Shown here: positions 50,501 through 61,883 of the stretch, piece after piece
How positions within the stretch are numbered: the stretch's first letter is position 1
How the letters are laid out: every line of letters begins with the position of its first letter
From: Gnetum montanum
Lineage: Eukaryota; Plantae; Gnetophyta
Reading direction: 5' to 3'
DNA length: 62,202 nucleotides
Assembly: GCA_015680685.1 (NCBI GenBank)
Contig: MNCI01000867.1
Location: 47,059-109,260, forward strand
Program-made: the position numbers and the translations under genes
The notes under the pieces: generated by a model
Told to the model about the DNA's origin: nothing
What the model saw: only the letters and a program-made list of their open reading frames with translations
Databases searched by the model: none

Positions 50501-53172
50501 TCAGAGAGCAACTTTGGCAGTCTAGATGTCTGCTTCAAAGTGTCATGAACAGTACTACAAATATGAATGTCCAATGCATAGTCTAGCAAACTTAGTGTAA
50601 CACACTGAAAATAGGTTGTGTACAGGCTGCATATAGCCTGCATGCATACGAACAATGGCTCACTTTAGGATACTTCATGATACTCCATTGGGTTAACTAT
50701 GGGCAGTTTACATATTATTTATGGCATGTCCTTTCCATATCATCCATATTAATGAGAACTATGAGTGCAAGGAAAGGCAGAGAGTTCATGAAAAAACAAG
50801 GATTCAACAATCCAATAATGTTCCAAGATAAAAGAATAAGTTTTAGATTCAAAGAATATCAAAAAAAATTGGACAACCATTGTTCTCAAATAATGGAGGA
50901 ATTATTCATCTACTTTGTTTCACTCTTACAGTCTCCCAAAATAGGCTTCAAACAAGCCATCAGGTAGCATTCCCCCTGCACAATTATTTGGTGTTGCATG
51001 CCCACAATCATTATTTGATTTTTGGGAAACGATAATTTATCCTAGAATTTCTTAACCAAGTGCTGCCACTATTGCTGTTGAAAAATCTTTTGTTGCTGCT
51101 CCTGTTTTCTCACTCCTCTCTACTACAGGTGCCACAAAGTTCCTTCCTATTATTATTTTCCATACTCAATTTATCTATTCCTTGTTTTTCCTGCTCCTTC
51201 CTACAACTGACTCTTCTTTTTGAAACTCCTTAGTAATTGCTGATTTTTTTCAGTTTGAATATGTTAAGATCTCAAGTTCAATTCCTTATCCTGTTTTTTC
51301 TTTTCTTTTTTAATCTGACTTTAATCAGGTTCAGATTCAATTTGTTTGTCCTTTTTTAAAAGCTGAATTTCACCGGACCTTGGATTCAATTATTTCTCCC
51401 CATGTTTTTTTCCAGACAAAAAATATTTCTCTGTTCTATACCAGCAGGATTATTCAGCCATGGCTCATATTCCAACATGATTTTTCATCAGGAATGAAAG
51501 TCATAGTGGTAAGGAAAAAAGATTCAGCCATTAAGACATAGAAAACCCAAGTCCAAAGATTCAAAACCAAGATAAAACCCTATATTCTTCAGGTGAATCT
51601 GTAATGCAAACCTCTATTCTAAGTCCACTGCCTACAGTTGCATAGTATTATGACCCTTAAAAATGTTCATAACCTGATTTTTCTGCATCCATAAAGAAGG
51701 GGGATTGGTTTCTAGAATTATTTTCGAGTTTGATCATAAAGTTAAGTGTTTTTTTTTTATATGTTATAACAACACTAGGACAAAACAAGCAATCAACTAT
51801 AAAAATTCAGATTCCTCTAACTCCATTTCATACCACTCTTTAATCAAATAAGCAAATGATATCTATTCATATCCTTTGTATGTTCAAGTTAAACTCTTAA
51901 GTCCGGACAGAAAAGTTAGCCATGTATAATATCTTAATATTCACACAAGATGCAAGATATATAAGAATGCATTTGCAAACAATCCAAAGTAACCTTTTAT
52001 TAAGGAAATCATGGGCTATATCAAGCTAAAAGCACTCACACGATCAAACACAATATTTAATAAGATAAATTCAACCAGAACTCATACACAAGAACCAGGG
52101 AATGAGTTATTACAATTGCTTCAATGAAGCTAAGTTGGTAGAAGAAAGAATAAGTTATTTGTTTTTTTCTTATAATTAGTTGTTTTTATTGTAGTTGGTA
52201 TATCTTTAAATTTCTTTTCCTTTTCCCTGCAACTAACCATTTTTTCTAAAACTAAATATTACCCACTACATCTCAACTAACCATTAACTATAATACTATT
52301 TATTCTCTCTACTATAATACTATTTATTCTCTCTACCCCATGAAAAAGCAATTAACTAATGATGAATTTAGTATAATTCAAAAAACCTTACAAAGAAAAA
52401 AGACACGAGCTATGGATGATACAAAGAAGAAAGAATTGCTAAGGGCAATGAAATCATAAGATGATCCACTGGAATATGAAGCCATCCGAATCCCTAAATG
52501 ATCCAATTGGAGATTGATACCACAACCTCCATTCAAGCATTGATCCCAAAATATAGTCATGAGCGGCAAAATAGAAACAGCTGACAATCAAAGTAAGTCC
52601 ACATTGGGATGTGTTGTTGTCGATGAGCCTGGTGGGGTTACTTTTGCATGATGAAGTAATCTTACATATTCTTGAAGTTACTTAGTATGGTCTGAACATT
52701 ATGATTTTGCACATACATTCAAGAAAATTAAATAAAGTTACAATTCCTTAGAAGGTTCTAGTAAGCAAGAGTTGGCATTGAATTGTGAGCATATTTAACT
52801 AACATGTTACGCTCTCCTGCTGCATTTCGAATTCACCATGCTAAATAAAAGAAATCGTAATAAAAAAAATTAGACACATTTACGAGACTAACTGCTTATG
52901 CTCTTCGAGCTTCACAGAAAAGGCTCCGTAATTATTAACACAATATAATGTCCTGAATAAATACAGGAGAAATTACAGCAAGAATAAACGTTAAATAACC
53001 TATTCCCTAGGCTGAAATTCGCTGTGTTTGAAAAACATGGTTATCCAATGCATTATGAAATGCAAGCGGGAGATTGAACAAAAAACACACGTACTATGGA
53101 AGGGTCTTGGTCGGGAATAGCGAATCCTGCCTTGAGAAGGCTTGACCCTGCATCTATTACCACTACATCCAT
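8447..53172 (-). CDS. ARP7: Actin-related protein 7 gene span (exons 1-6; final exon outside window)
   Basis: Six exons (78+216+142+245+184+71 = 936 nt), all GT-AG and phase-consistent, giving [26 protein letters not shown]...SIRPALVK. Colinear with plant ARP7 ([35 protein letters not shown]). Confidence 0.96.
8901..13160 (-). pseudogene. LINE-B ORF2 (EN-RT-zf-RVT) with C-terminal accessory domain and coiled coil
   Basis: The zf-RVT frame reads without a stop into MGQVRYFE (ATG 10031). It continues across frameshifts as [17 protein letters not shown]...[27 protein letters not shown] and an E/A/R-rich helical stretch, to about 8901. Confidence 0.82.
13200..14440 (-). pseudogene. LINE-B ORF1, disrupted
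   Basis: Fragments EGPWFYR...LAPWRPG, VWI*TW.IP*EMW, EYEN and a CX2CX4HX4C knuckle. Confidence 0.8.
14900..15609 (+). mobile_element. Left part of an older Athila-like LTR, interrupted by the 15610-29017 insertion
   Basis: TATAAATA (15166) then a T-rich tract. The sequence resumes after the GTGTT TSD at 29018 and ends ...CCCCTATCA (29560) followed by a degenerate tRNA-Asp PBS. Left boundary not determinable. Confidence 0.5.
15610..16524 (+). repeat. 5' LTR (915 bp)
   Basis: TGATGAAG...CTCATCA; direct repeat of 28110-29017; TATAAATA at 15752-15759 preceded by 14-bp CpG-palindrome units. Confidence 0.97.
16526..16543 (+). promoter_or_regulatory. Primer-binding site complementary to tRNA-Asp 3' end
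   Basis: TGGCGTCGTTGCCGGGGA, one mismatch to the Athila-type PBS TGGCGCCGTTGCCGGGGA, 1 nt after the LTR. Confidence 0.93.
16670..22870 (+). pseudogene. gag-pol polyprotein (gag, CX2CX3HX4C knuckle, protease, RT, RNase H, integrase), many stops and frameshifts
   Basis: Gag [14 protein letters not shown] (17489-18106), [14 protein letters not shown], protease [23 protein letters not shown] and VFMDDF, RNase [17 protein letters not shown], integrase [41 protein letters not shown]. 3' end approximate. Confidence 0.95.
22945..23075 (+). repeat. T-rich degenerate tandem repeat after pol
   Basis: Repeated GTTTTA(T/C)(A/C)..TTTTTT units of about 14-16 nt. Confidence 0.7.
23579..23792 (+). other. 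Two tandem copies of a three-stem RNA-structure motif (function unknown)
   Basis: Unit 1 at 23579-23691 and unit 2 at 23712-23792 share linkers TYGCAT, TCAAAG and YCTT. The outer and inner stems differ in sequence but still pair in both units. Confidence 0.75.
24558..24650 (+). promoter_or_regulatory. Putative internal promoter: U3-like 14-bp palindrome array plus TATA
   Basis: gtgtatacggagcc / gcgtatacgaagcc / gcgtatacacggcc / ccatcgacgcagcg match the LTR U3 units; TATATATA at 24643-24650. Confidence 0.7.
24796..25016 (+). other. Putative 5'-UTR intron of the extra-ORF transcript
   Basis: Donor AAG|GTATGC, branch CTAAC (24990-24994), acceptor TTGCAG directly followed by ATG 25017. The same CTAAC...TAG|ATG layout occurs in element 2 (61910-61881, minus strand). 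Confidence 0.65.
25017..27858 (+). pseudogene. Athila extra ORF (~945 codons): basic N-terminus, putative plant transposon protein (Transposase_32-like) domain, long coiled coil, conserved C-terminal motifs
   Basis: Fragments [39 protein letters not shown], heptad-rich 26600-27580, [29 protein letters not shown]. Colinear with 61883-59171. Domain name recognised from the LPFP.LI..LC..AG motif, not by search. Confidence 0.85.
28072..28109 (+). promoter_or_regulatory. PPT and conserved upstream motif
   Basis: GTAACTCAAGGACGAGTTTTTGCTCAATCGTGGGGGTA abuts the 3' LTR; a closely similar motif precedes the LTR of element 2. Confidence 0.85.
28110..29017 (+). repeat. 3' LTR (908 bp)
   Basis: Direct repeat of the 5' LTR with scattered, mostly transition, differences and one 14-bp U3 unit missing; followed by TSD GTGTT. 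Confidence 0.97.
29023..31820 (+). mobile_element. Older Athila-like relic: LTR end, degenerate PBS, deleted internal region
   Basis: LTR end CCCCTATCA (29560) with a 39-bp tandem duplication (29481-29558); PBS-like TGGCATTGTAACTGGGGA (29562-29579); Athila-like CATTGAGGAC motif near 31793. Confidence 0.55.
29157..29300 (-). mobile_element. RTE-clade LINE 3' fragment
   Basis: Minus strand reads [25 protein letters not shown], then ...GGACAAGGCTAG(GAT)n(TAT)n tail, typical of the plant RTE C-terminus and 3' end. Confidence 0.75.
32195..32378 (-). CDS. ARP7: ARP7 exon 5
   Basis: cacag|[32 protein letters not shown]...[17 protein letters not shown]+G|gtcagt; 184 nt. Confidence 0.96.
36028..36098 (+). 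pseudogene. Degenerate tRNA-Asp-like sequence (tRNA pseudogene or SINE head)
   Basis: GTCATTTTTTATAGTGGTAAGGATCCTAGCCTG...TGACAGGTTC resembles the plant tRNA-Asp 5' half (TATAGTGGTAAG..T.CC.GCCTG); A-rich tail follows; cloverleaf not intact. Confidence 0.4.
36501..36745 (-). CDS. ARP7: ARP7 exon 4
   Basis: gccag|(D)[21 protein letters not shown]...YTLPDGQ|gtatgt; 245 nt. Confidence 0.96.
37470..40490 (-). mobile_element. L1-clade LINE (LINE-C): ORF1 plus endonuclease, RT missing
   Basis: ORF1 [12 protein letters not shown] (39535-39723) and CNFCRKANH knuckle; ORF2 LLWNYRG...DIVCLQEIK (~38805-38695), GDFN, FTWNNRR, DHRPL, FERVWL. Confidence 0.88.
38248..38417 (+). mobile_element. tRNA-derived SINE, Au-like
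   Basis: A-box-like TGGTGTGGTGG, B-box-like GGTCCGAGCC, Au/RTE-like GACCCTCCCAAGACCCTACTTAGCGG tail; 18-bp TSD ATAA(C/G)CTTTGATTAAAAT at 38230-38247 and 38418-38435. Confidence 0.85.
41913..41990 (+). mobile_element. Possible degenerate tRNA-derived SINE head
   Basis: GGTTAGCTCATTGTT...GCAAGCAAGAG...AATTCAAGTC resembles A/B-box spacing; no TSD found. Confidence 0.3.
42740..43490 (+). repeat. Dispersed repeat copy 1 (inverted relative to 45955-47735)
   Basis: Colinear with the reverse complement of 45955-46430 plus 47510-47735 (e.g. GGTAATTAGGTGG..GATGCATTTG.TTGGTGTGCC; ATGAACACCAC; TACAATCCCC.ATCAC). Confidence 0.8.
44379..44520 (-). CDS. ARP7: ARP7 exon 3
   Basis: cgcag|[47 protein letters not shown]+G|gtaatg; 142 nt. 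Confidence 0.96.
45120..45460 (+). mobile_element. RTE-clade LINE RT fragment
   Basis: [23 protein letters not shown]...IPQ...YLG...DGKI...[27 protein letters not shown], the plant RTE RT thumb region. Confidence 0.85.
46431..47509. mobile_element. Non-autonomous hAT-type element (MITE-like)
   Basis: 8-bp TSD CAAGGTAT (46423-46430 and 47510-47517); termini TAGGT...ACCTA; GAGCT/AGCTC-rich subterminal motifs. Confidence 0.82.
46508..46766. repeat. 41-bp tandem repeat, 6 copies plus a partial copy
   Basis: CTCAAACTTGGCTTAGCTCAAATCGAGCTTTTGAAGTTGGG starting at 46508, 46549, 46590, 46631, 46672 and 46713; almost identical copies. Confidence 0.97.
47809..49235. repeat. Tandem direct duplication, ~0.72-kb unit x2
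   Basis: TGTATTTAGTATTGGAAGA... at 47809 and 48536; both copies end ...GAGCCTGAAACAAATT(A/G)GGATAAAC; colinear with scattered substitutions. Confidence 0.93.
49865..50080 (-). CDS. ARP7: ARP7 exon 2
   Basis: tgtag|TISTKMQG...[42 protein letters not shown]|gtaatg; 216 nt. Confidence 0.96.
53095..53172 (-). CDS. ARP7: ARP7 exon 1
   Basis: ATG at 53172; [26 protein letters not shown]; donor ATA|GTACGT. Confidence 0.95.
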
Positions 53173-53181
53173 GCCTCTTTT

Positions 53182-53199
53182 TGCTGCTGCTGCTGCTGC
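53182..53199. repeat. (TGC)6 microsatellite in the ARP7 5' leader
   Basis: tgctgctgctgctgctgc about 10 nt upstream of the ATG. Confidence 0.85.
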
Positions 53200-56100
53200 C
53201 ACCGCTCTTTCTCTGCTATGTTAGTGCTGTCATTTCCGTCTCAATCACTGAGTTTCTGGACAGGTACCTATCGTTAATACATGCGAAAGTTCAGTTTGGT
53301 ATTTCTCAAGCTCGCTACACTGGTTCCTGCTTTCAGTAATTGGAATTTACACCATCATTTCTGTTGCCATTTTCCAGCTCTCCTTCGCGCTTGGGGTATC
53401 TGAAAATATTGTCTGCAGAGAAAATCAATACGCCAGTAACAATGCAGGCATCTGTGGATTTACTCTCCTTCAGCACCCACTAACGTGGTTGCTTGCTTGC
53501 TTTGAATTCATATGTGCGGAGGCGCAGTAATTTAAATAAACATAATTTCAAATTTGACGATTAAAATGTGTTAATGTATTTGTCCATGTTTTCGGCTTAT
53601 CCGTACCTGTGTATCCATGCTTGCATGCTTGAGCTCTGTTTGGGGTTCGGCCATCATCACGACCTAACGCACATGAGCATAGAAGTTTGTACTTGATGTA
53701 TTTTTAAAACATTTTGCAGGTAAGTTTTGATTTTTTAAAATAGTTTGTTTATCGAATAATATACTGATATAACTTTAAGGTTACAACAGAATGAATGTAG
53801 CAGTGCTTGTCCCATACGAAGCTAAGCGTGCACCTGTAAAGTGTCAATAAGTTGGTCTATGGTTGATGTTTGGGTGCCATGGTGTGAATTTGGACATAAT
53901 TGGAATATCGTACACATCATTTAGAAATAAATAATAATTAGAGAATGAGACTTGTCTTTATAAGAAACTCTTTAGTAAGAAGTGAAAATCTCCAAGGGTA
54001 CTTTTGAATAAGGATAAAACCAAATCCTTTTCCTACTTTAAAGTGAAGGCTTTTCAAGATTGGTTGTAAAGATGAAAACATGAAAAAGCACCACCCAAAC
54101 AGTTGGGCTTTTTCTTTAAACTCTCCCTTTGATGATTAGATGTGCACATTAAAACCATTTGGGTGTTAGATCCCAAAACAATTTGATTATAGGTACATGA
54201 CCAATGATAGGTGACTCTATATGTTCGCTCATTGTCTTATTGCACAAGAGGTTGCCACTTCAAATAACATTTGAGGCATCATTGTATTCCTTTATACCCC
54301 TTCTAAACTATCATATTGGCTATATGTCCTGGGGTGTACTTATAGTCATTTTTATGATTCTTATATGTCTTTGGGTGTACTTATATGTCTTAAGGCTATT
54401 TTTTAAGTTGTGTTCAAGTTTCTTATTTAACCATGATACATGCACATACATTGTTGGTCTTTGTAGACAAGGATCATGGTCTTGGACTAGCTATCACACA
54501 AAGAGTATGGTATCCAGCATGATTTTCTATATGATGATCATAGGTTTGATATGATATGTCATTTACACTATGGTGGATGATAGATGTCAAGCATGGATGT
54601 TTCATATGATGTATTTGAGCGAATTTTTGGTTTGATTCTTGGAAATGCAATAGAATTTTGATTGGACTTAATGATTATAAGTTATGGACATATGAATTAT
54701 CAGAAGTTTTAAGTTTTTGTATGTTGTAGGCATGATATCCCTAGGATCCTTTTTGTATATTTAAATAACCCATTGTTTTCATTTAAAATGTTGAAAATGA
54801 TGTAATATGATTAACTAACAAAAAAGTAATGAATCAAATTCAAAGTAGTTGTGGGATTTGGACCTTAACCCAATAAATATCTTAGTCCCATTAGCCATTT
54901 TGAGTGAAAAACTTTGGTAGATAATCAAGTGGAGGAAGCCATTAGTAGCCACCAAAGTAGGGCACATATAGGTTCTACCATGTCTACATAGTGACAAATC
55001 ATTTTCCTTGATTCTCCCTCACTTGTGTTTTCATTTCTATTTCTCCTAATCCACTTTCACACATGCAAAGGTTTGGACAAAGAGTTTTGTTATTCATCAA
55101 GAGTTTTAAACCAAAGGTTTCATCGATTATTACAAAGGTGGAAAATTAGCATAAGCTTTCCTTAGATTGATTTCATTTTACAAGTTCAAATTATTCCAAG
55201 TCTCTACAGTCCATTTTATTATGTTGATGACATTTATTTTAAAAATTTGCATCATACATGTGATCTATTGTTACGATTTATTTATTGCATGTGAATCCAA
55301 CAATACTTCTTGAACTATATTTTAATATGTATCCTCTACTGAAGGCTTTGGAGATTTTTCTAGTCCAATAAAGATGAAGGACTCTTAATGATTAGTTTTC
55401 CATATATCTGCTTTCTTAATGTTGTGTGTATACATCACTTGTATTTATATATCGGTTTCTAAAGTTTTGATTATGATTTTGTATTTCTTGTTGTCATGTC
55501 TATCACTTTTTACATACATATGCAATGTGCAAGAAATTTTGTGTCACTTATAGTGTGGTTATAGTGTCTGTAATGCTTAGTCTAAATGTTGCGACATGTA
55601 TTACCATAAATTGCAATGAAATATAGTGACTACGTAAGTCATGATAATTGTAGTGATGTGTACATAAGTTGTAACCAACATTACAACTTGTAGAAAAAGT
55701 CACAACAAATGTAGCAACCTACTAATTGAGTTGTAAGATATCCAAAGTGATAATTTGGATAACATTTAGGGGACTTAAAGAAGACAATAAATGTCTAAAG
55801 GGACAAAGGTTTGTTACAACTCATGCTAAGTGTGTCAATGTGTAGAAGAATAGACTCTTCTAGTAAAAACTAGTTGATCATAATGTTAGTGAAGAATGAT
55901 GGCTAGCTTAATGTATGAATTCTCCTACCACCAACATCACATGATTATTTATTATTTTGTGATAATTGTTTATGATTGTTAATCAATGTTATGTGTTAAT
56001 AATTCCATACCAGAAGTTTGATTCCATGAGGTAACACTAAGTTATAAATTTATTTTTTTAAAAAAATTCCATAAAAGAAATTCTAAAATTGATTTGATAG

Positions 56101-58198
56101 ATTCAAGGGATCTTAATAAATGTAAGTAAAAAAAAATAGTTCAATTTTAGAAAATAGATAGAATGATTATGTTAATGAAATGTTGTATGGATTGATAGTA
56201 TAATATTTAACCAAGCTATCATCAAGCAAGTGGTAGGTTGATTTCTAGAGAACTTAACACATCTCTAGTAGGTAAGTAACTCCAAAAGTTCAAAGGTTTG
56301 CAATGGTCAAAACATGTGACACCAGGTTAATCAACATAACATTAATAAATTCATGGAAGCACAAGGATTTGTAGTGATTTAGGTCTCCAACAATAAGACT
56401 AGAAATTTACCATGGTACGGATCTTTAAACAAGTATGCATGCACGCTAACTATAACATATGTAACACCAACTGTAGGGTGCTAGACCTCTAATTGTTATG
56501 TTGGTTAGTGATGCTAGAATGAATGAGGTAATTAATGCTTAGATGCATTGATGAATCAAGGATTTATAATGGTTTGAATCTCTACTAGTGTATGGGCTTG
56601 AAGATTATATTATTGTAGTTGTTTATTTTGGTACAATACATGAGTACAATTATGTGTTGTGGTGTTATGTTTGGTCTTGTAAGTTGATATGTACTATGCA
56701 TGATTTCTACCCTTTTGTGATGGGCTCCAACTCCATGGTTCTATCTCCAAGTCAATTAAGAATTGCTTATGATCTATTTGGTACTCAATCATGGTAAGTT
56801 AACTCATTTTCTTTACAAGCGAAGCTAGAGAGATGATAATCATAGAGATTAGAGCTACGATAGATTGTAGTGTTAATAAATGAATTTTCTTTTTGGTTAT
56901 GGAGCTCATATTTCTTTTGGTGATATAAGATGTAGTGGGTTTATTTGTTTTGAATTAAGGCCATTATTATTTTCTTCATTGCCTATTTATTTCCTTTTAA
57001 ACAAGTACCTTATGGATGCAATTTTTTAACTAATGGAAACCTCTTGATTATGTTATCTATCTTAGCAATGCACTATATTTTCTTAATATTTATGATTTCA
57101 AAATTTCTTTATATTATGCAATTTTAATCTTGATGAAACAAAACTAGTTTGTATTAAAGTATTTAATTGATTTTAATCTTCAAGCAAGACATTTGATCAA
57201 AATTTTATAAATTGAATTTAAAAGAGAAATAGGATGTTAATTATTAATTTAGAAGAGGTCACCTTCCTTAAGAATAAGTTTGACTCCTTTATTTAGCTCA
57301 TGACCTATAATAGCCATTCATAGGAGGCAGGAGCTAACATCCGAAGCCCCCCGGAAAGAAAGTTAGTTGAAAGAAGAAAATGCATAAGTGGCTTTCTTTC
57401 TACAACAATCAAACTAGCATTAACCTATCAAATTAAAATGAAATTAATAGTGCCTAGGTCTAGCACTTAAACAGGTTAATCAATATTAATTTTAAGAATT
57501 AAGAGATAATTTTAAAAAGAAATAAGCATAGTAAAATATTTATATAAGATTCATCAAATTAAACAAATCAAAAAAAATTTATTCAACCTAAAAAGAAATA
57601 TCTAATTAGGATCATTTACACATTTGCAAACCAAAGAAATGACCACAAATGTAGATAAATTAATAATATCAGATTTGTTCAATCACATAATAATATTTTA
57701 TAATTTCTAGCAACACACAAAACAAGATCATTTAAATTTAACTCTTGTAACCATTTTACCATTAATCATTTAATCAAAAAATTCATATGTTCAACAACAG
57801 AGAATAGATAGATCACAACCATAAATTAACATTCTAGGTTTTCCCCCACTTCATCAACTTATAGAAAGATCTCAAAATCAAACTTGAGAAGGTATAGGAA
57901 AAAAAAGTATAATTCAAGATTCAAATCCAAGATTTATGCATTCAAAGGGGGAGGGTTCATCAACCAGATTCCAAAAAAAACCCAAGAATTCAACAATTTT
58001 AAAACATTCACAATTATCCATGGGCCCAAGGATACTCTCACTTTCTACTAGCAATACCAATCCTCATATTAGGGATCCTTGGCCACTATTGGCAATCTTT
58101 TGCCAAAAATGCCCCAAATCGTTATGGGTGTTTTTGAATCATTATAGAAATAATTCTCATCCAAGTCATTTAGGTGTGAGAGTGCAGAGGATAGGTGG

Positions 58199-59005
58199 TG
58201 ATGAGTGGCGAGGTACCCCTACACTCAACCATACGAATATGAGCGTTACATGCACGATCCTATCGAACTTCGCAGACAAACTAGTTGTGGCATCTAGATA
58301 GTTAACCTTAGGTCGCAGTTCGCTATCTTCTCACCTGGACTCATGTTAACTTTGTCATGTATGGTTTAGTCTAGAGTGAGGTGTATGATATGTTTCTATG
58401 CTAATGCTACTCCTGAAGGCAATGGAAGATAATATTAACTGAGCTAAGAGAGAAGGGTGAGAGAGAATCTAAGCTAGCCTAAGTGCAATGAGCATCCGTT
58501 CCTTGATTATCCGTACACATCTTGGACTTCTTGCATGACTACCACTAGGATTACCAAGCACAGATCCTACGTACGCTACTAGGTTATCAAGTAGTCACAC
58601 TTAAATGCTTGTAATCAAGTCGTACTCATTCCACGTTTAACAAGAGTTAAAGGGTGAGAAGAGCTTAATTAGGAAAGCAGTAAATAACAATTAATTAAAT
58701 AATTAAGCTAAGTGAATGTTGTAATGATAAAGTAATCTCGATCTTTATTTCCGGTCATGTGCATGTCCAAGTACATCACACTCGAATAAGGATGCCGTAC
58801 AATTACATTCACCACACTGCGGGCATACACTGGGAGGAAAAGGGTTGAGAGAAAGAAATTAAACACTTAACTAAGAACTGAAAAACTAACTCTAAAACTA
58901 ATTAAAAACTGCCTATCGGAACTGTCTACCTCTTATTTATAGATGAGGAGATAGGCTGCGATGTCGTGTATGCAATATCACGGTTGACTAAAATGTGACT
59001 TATCA
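58199..59005 (-). repeat. 3' LTR of element 2 (807 bp)
   Basis: Starts TGATAAGTC right after the PPT, has CTATAAATAAGAGG, ends CTCATCA; candidate TSD GGTGG at 58194-58198. Confidence 0.88.
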
Positions 59006-59170
59006 TACCCCCACAACTGAATGAAAACTCATCCTTGAGTTACAGTGATTACATAGTGGATAGGTATGGGATTATTGAATGGTGAGAATGGGTTTATGCC
59101 ATAGTGTGAAATGAAAACAAAATTGAGACACAACACAAAGAAAATTCTATAGCTACAAAATTGGTGGAAC

Positions 59171-61883
59171 TCATGTAGTTCCTGGTGGCGGTGGCTCCTC
59201 CATAGCTGCTTTCCCCTTGTCTTGTGCTCGAGGTCTTGAGGCTTAATGGTGTTGAAGTATGGCATGGAGTTTCTCCTCTTCAGTCCAGGGATCTTATGCC
59301 GTCCATGCTAATGTTCCGATGTTTGATGAAGTTGGTACCTCCCATGGGCAAGGTAGTTGCGGAAACATTTGATTTGCCTTGACATACTAGGCTGCAAATA
59401 CCCATCGTTCCTCCTCGTAGGCTCTGGCTTTATCTTTGTATTCTTGGAAATCCACAAGCCAACGAGCCAAATCCATTGCAACACATGTTTTGTCCTTAGT
59501 AGCTTATTTTCACCACCTCAACTTCAAAATTTGCGATCTCCAGTTTTTGCAATAACTTCTTATGTTCCACAAATTCTGTTTCATATTTGATGTAGGTTGT
59601 AGCTACCTGTTGCTCGAGCTCTGTTCTCGGGTGCCCTGCTATTAACATGGCAAGGTTGGCATACCGTAGGTTTGCCAATTCCATGTATTCTATAAGGTCT
59701 TGAATCTACAAGTCCCAGTTTTTAACTTCTGCCTGGTGGGCTAAGGCATATGTGTCCAATATGGTCCACCAATCAATGTGTTGAGCATTGATAGCGTTGA
59801 TGTGGGCCTTGGCCATATGATTTGTTTGTACATCCCCACCTGGTCCTAGAAATGCTCCTTTAGCTTTTCTTGCCGTTTAGCCTTATTTTGCCATGTGCCT
59901 ATTTCGATAGCTGTCTTTTGGCTGATGGTGCATACCTCCTCCATTAAGAGGATTCAATTCTCCCTGGCTAAATGGCTCATGTCTTGGTTGACTCGAATGA
60001 ATTGTTCTCACAATTGATGAAAGTGTTCTTCAAGAACATTCTTTTGCTTCTCCACAGAGGTCAACTGAAGTTTGTCGGCAACAAGCTGCTTATTTTCTTC
60101 TTGTAAGGCCTTGAGTGCCTTGTTATGCGCATGAGTTTGCCACCTTTTTATTCTCCGTTAGTAGTTTGGTTAGTTGCTCAGTTTTGAAATTGTCTAGCTA
60201 GTCTGCGGGAACAAATTGCAAAGGGTCTCGCTATGCTGCTTATAGGGCCACAAGCTATTCTTGCAATTTTTGCACTTCTGCTTCAGCATGCTCGGCCCTC
60301 ACTTCTGTTAAGACCAGCTTCCCCTTAGTGGAAATGAGGTCTGATTGAATTTCTGTAACATCTTGAGGGATGTCATTACTTGTCAAGTTTGTAGCAATCG
60401 ATCAAGCACATCCTCATGTTCTGCAGGAGTCATTGAGGTTCTGACCAAAGTTTGAGCATCCTGTGCTCCCGTGAGATCTGTCGGTGGTACAATACGTACA
60501 TTGAAAAATTCTTTAATGTGGTCTATGACCACTTCTGCGGCTCCTACTACATCCTAGTGTTGCATGACCACCAATGTGGCCCCTTCACTAGTTTCTAATT
60601 GCATTTGGAAAGATGCAACGTTTCCCGAGATCTGTTGTGACCAAATACTTTTCCCTCCTCCTGTATGGATGGACACTTCACCCCATTTATGATCCAAAGA
60701 AACTGTGGGCTGTATGACATCATCAATGACGTAGAAGAGATTTGCGTCATCATAGCTTCCCCAACTGCATCTCAGCGATGGCCCTGAGATGGCTCATCAA
60801 CGGTCTATAATCTTGCGGTGGTGATGGTTGATCTTAGCCTGTGCTAGGCCCTACTTCCTGTTGTTGGCTGGGTCCTGTACTTGGAAGTTGGCTGGGTCCT
60901 ACAAGTTGAGTGTCAGTTGTTCCATCCGTCTATTCTTCTTCTTATTCTGGTCCCAGAGTCTCACCAGTGATTTTCCTTGCAGCTGGCAGCTTTAACAGTA
61001 CAACATATGAAGCATTTTGGGCTTTTCGGAGGACATCATTAGTGTATCTCTTGATACCAGCACATTGGCATAGCTTTCTGATAAGGCAAGGGAAGGGCAA
61101 TGCCATCTTCCCTGTCTTCCGTTCCTTGAACCACCTTAAGATCTCTATTAAGTATAGATGAGGCAGGTTAGCATTAACCTTTCCCATCAGCACTACACAA
61201 CCTCTTGCCACATATGTTGAGATTCTTTTTAAGCCCTTCATGGGGAAGAGGTGATACATTCCAATTTTGAAATAGATCCTTTCTTCTATCGTCAACTCTC
61301 CAAATGTCTTATCCCTACCATATGTCCTTTCGAACCAAACTCGTCGCACATTGACGTCTGAATGGGTAGATAACTGAGCAACCTTGGGCCCTGTATTTGG
61401 AAGGTTTAATACTTCCAAAATGGCCTACGTGGAGAAATCAACTGTCACACCACAAATATTAATGGTGGTGCCTTGTTCTTTGTTGTGCCAAAATTGGTAT
61501 GTCTCCCCTAGGTACCAGGCATCGCTTTCAGAGAGGGTAGGCCATAAGGGAGACCCTTTGAGGTGATCCCTAACAGCCTCAGGAGCAAACTCTGTAAAAT
61601 ATTTGAAATTTAATTCCACAATCACCGCAGTGAATGTGGACCTTTCGTGGATAGCCTGAACACAATCCTGGGGCAACGTGAGGTGTTGTCCCTGTTCAGG
61701 CGCTGCAGTAGCTCCTCCTTCTACCTGGCCAGACTGTATGGTAGGAGGATCCTCTTGATGAATGCTAAATGATTATTCCTCCTATTCTGCATGTTGTCTG
61801 GCAGGGACTTGCTCTTCACCTATCCTAGGTCATTTACTTCCACCTTGAGCGGTACCTTTCTGTTGTCCATGTTTTGAGGCCAT
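59171..61883 (-). pseudogene. Extra ORF of element 2 (~900 codons), disrupted
   Basis: tgtag|ATG MASKHG...ELNFKYF...WYLGETYQFW...LPFPCLIRKLCQCAGI...ANLRYANLAMLIAGHPR...LPCPWEVP...EPPPPGTT*. Confidence 0.88.

Noticed and set aside
55540-55870. CACTA subterminal-like repeats
   Set aside because: No intact CACTA/TAGTG terminus pair or 3-bp TSD identified.
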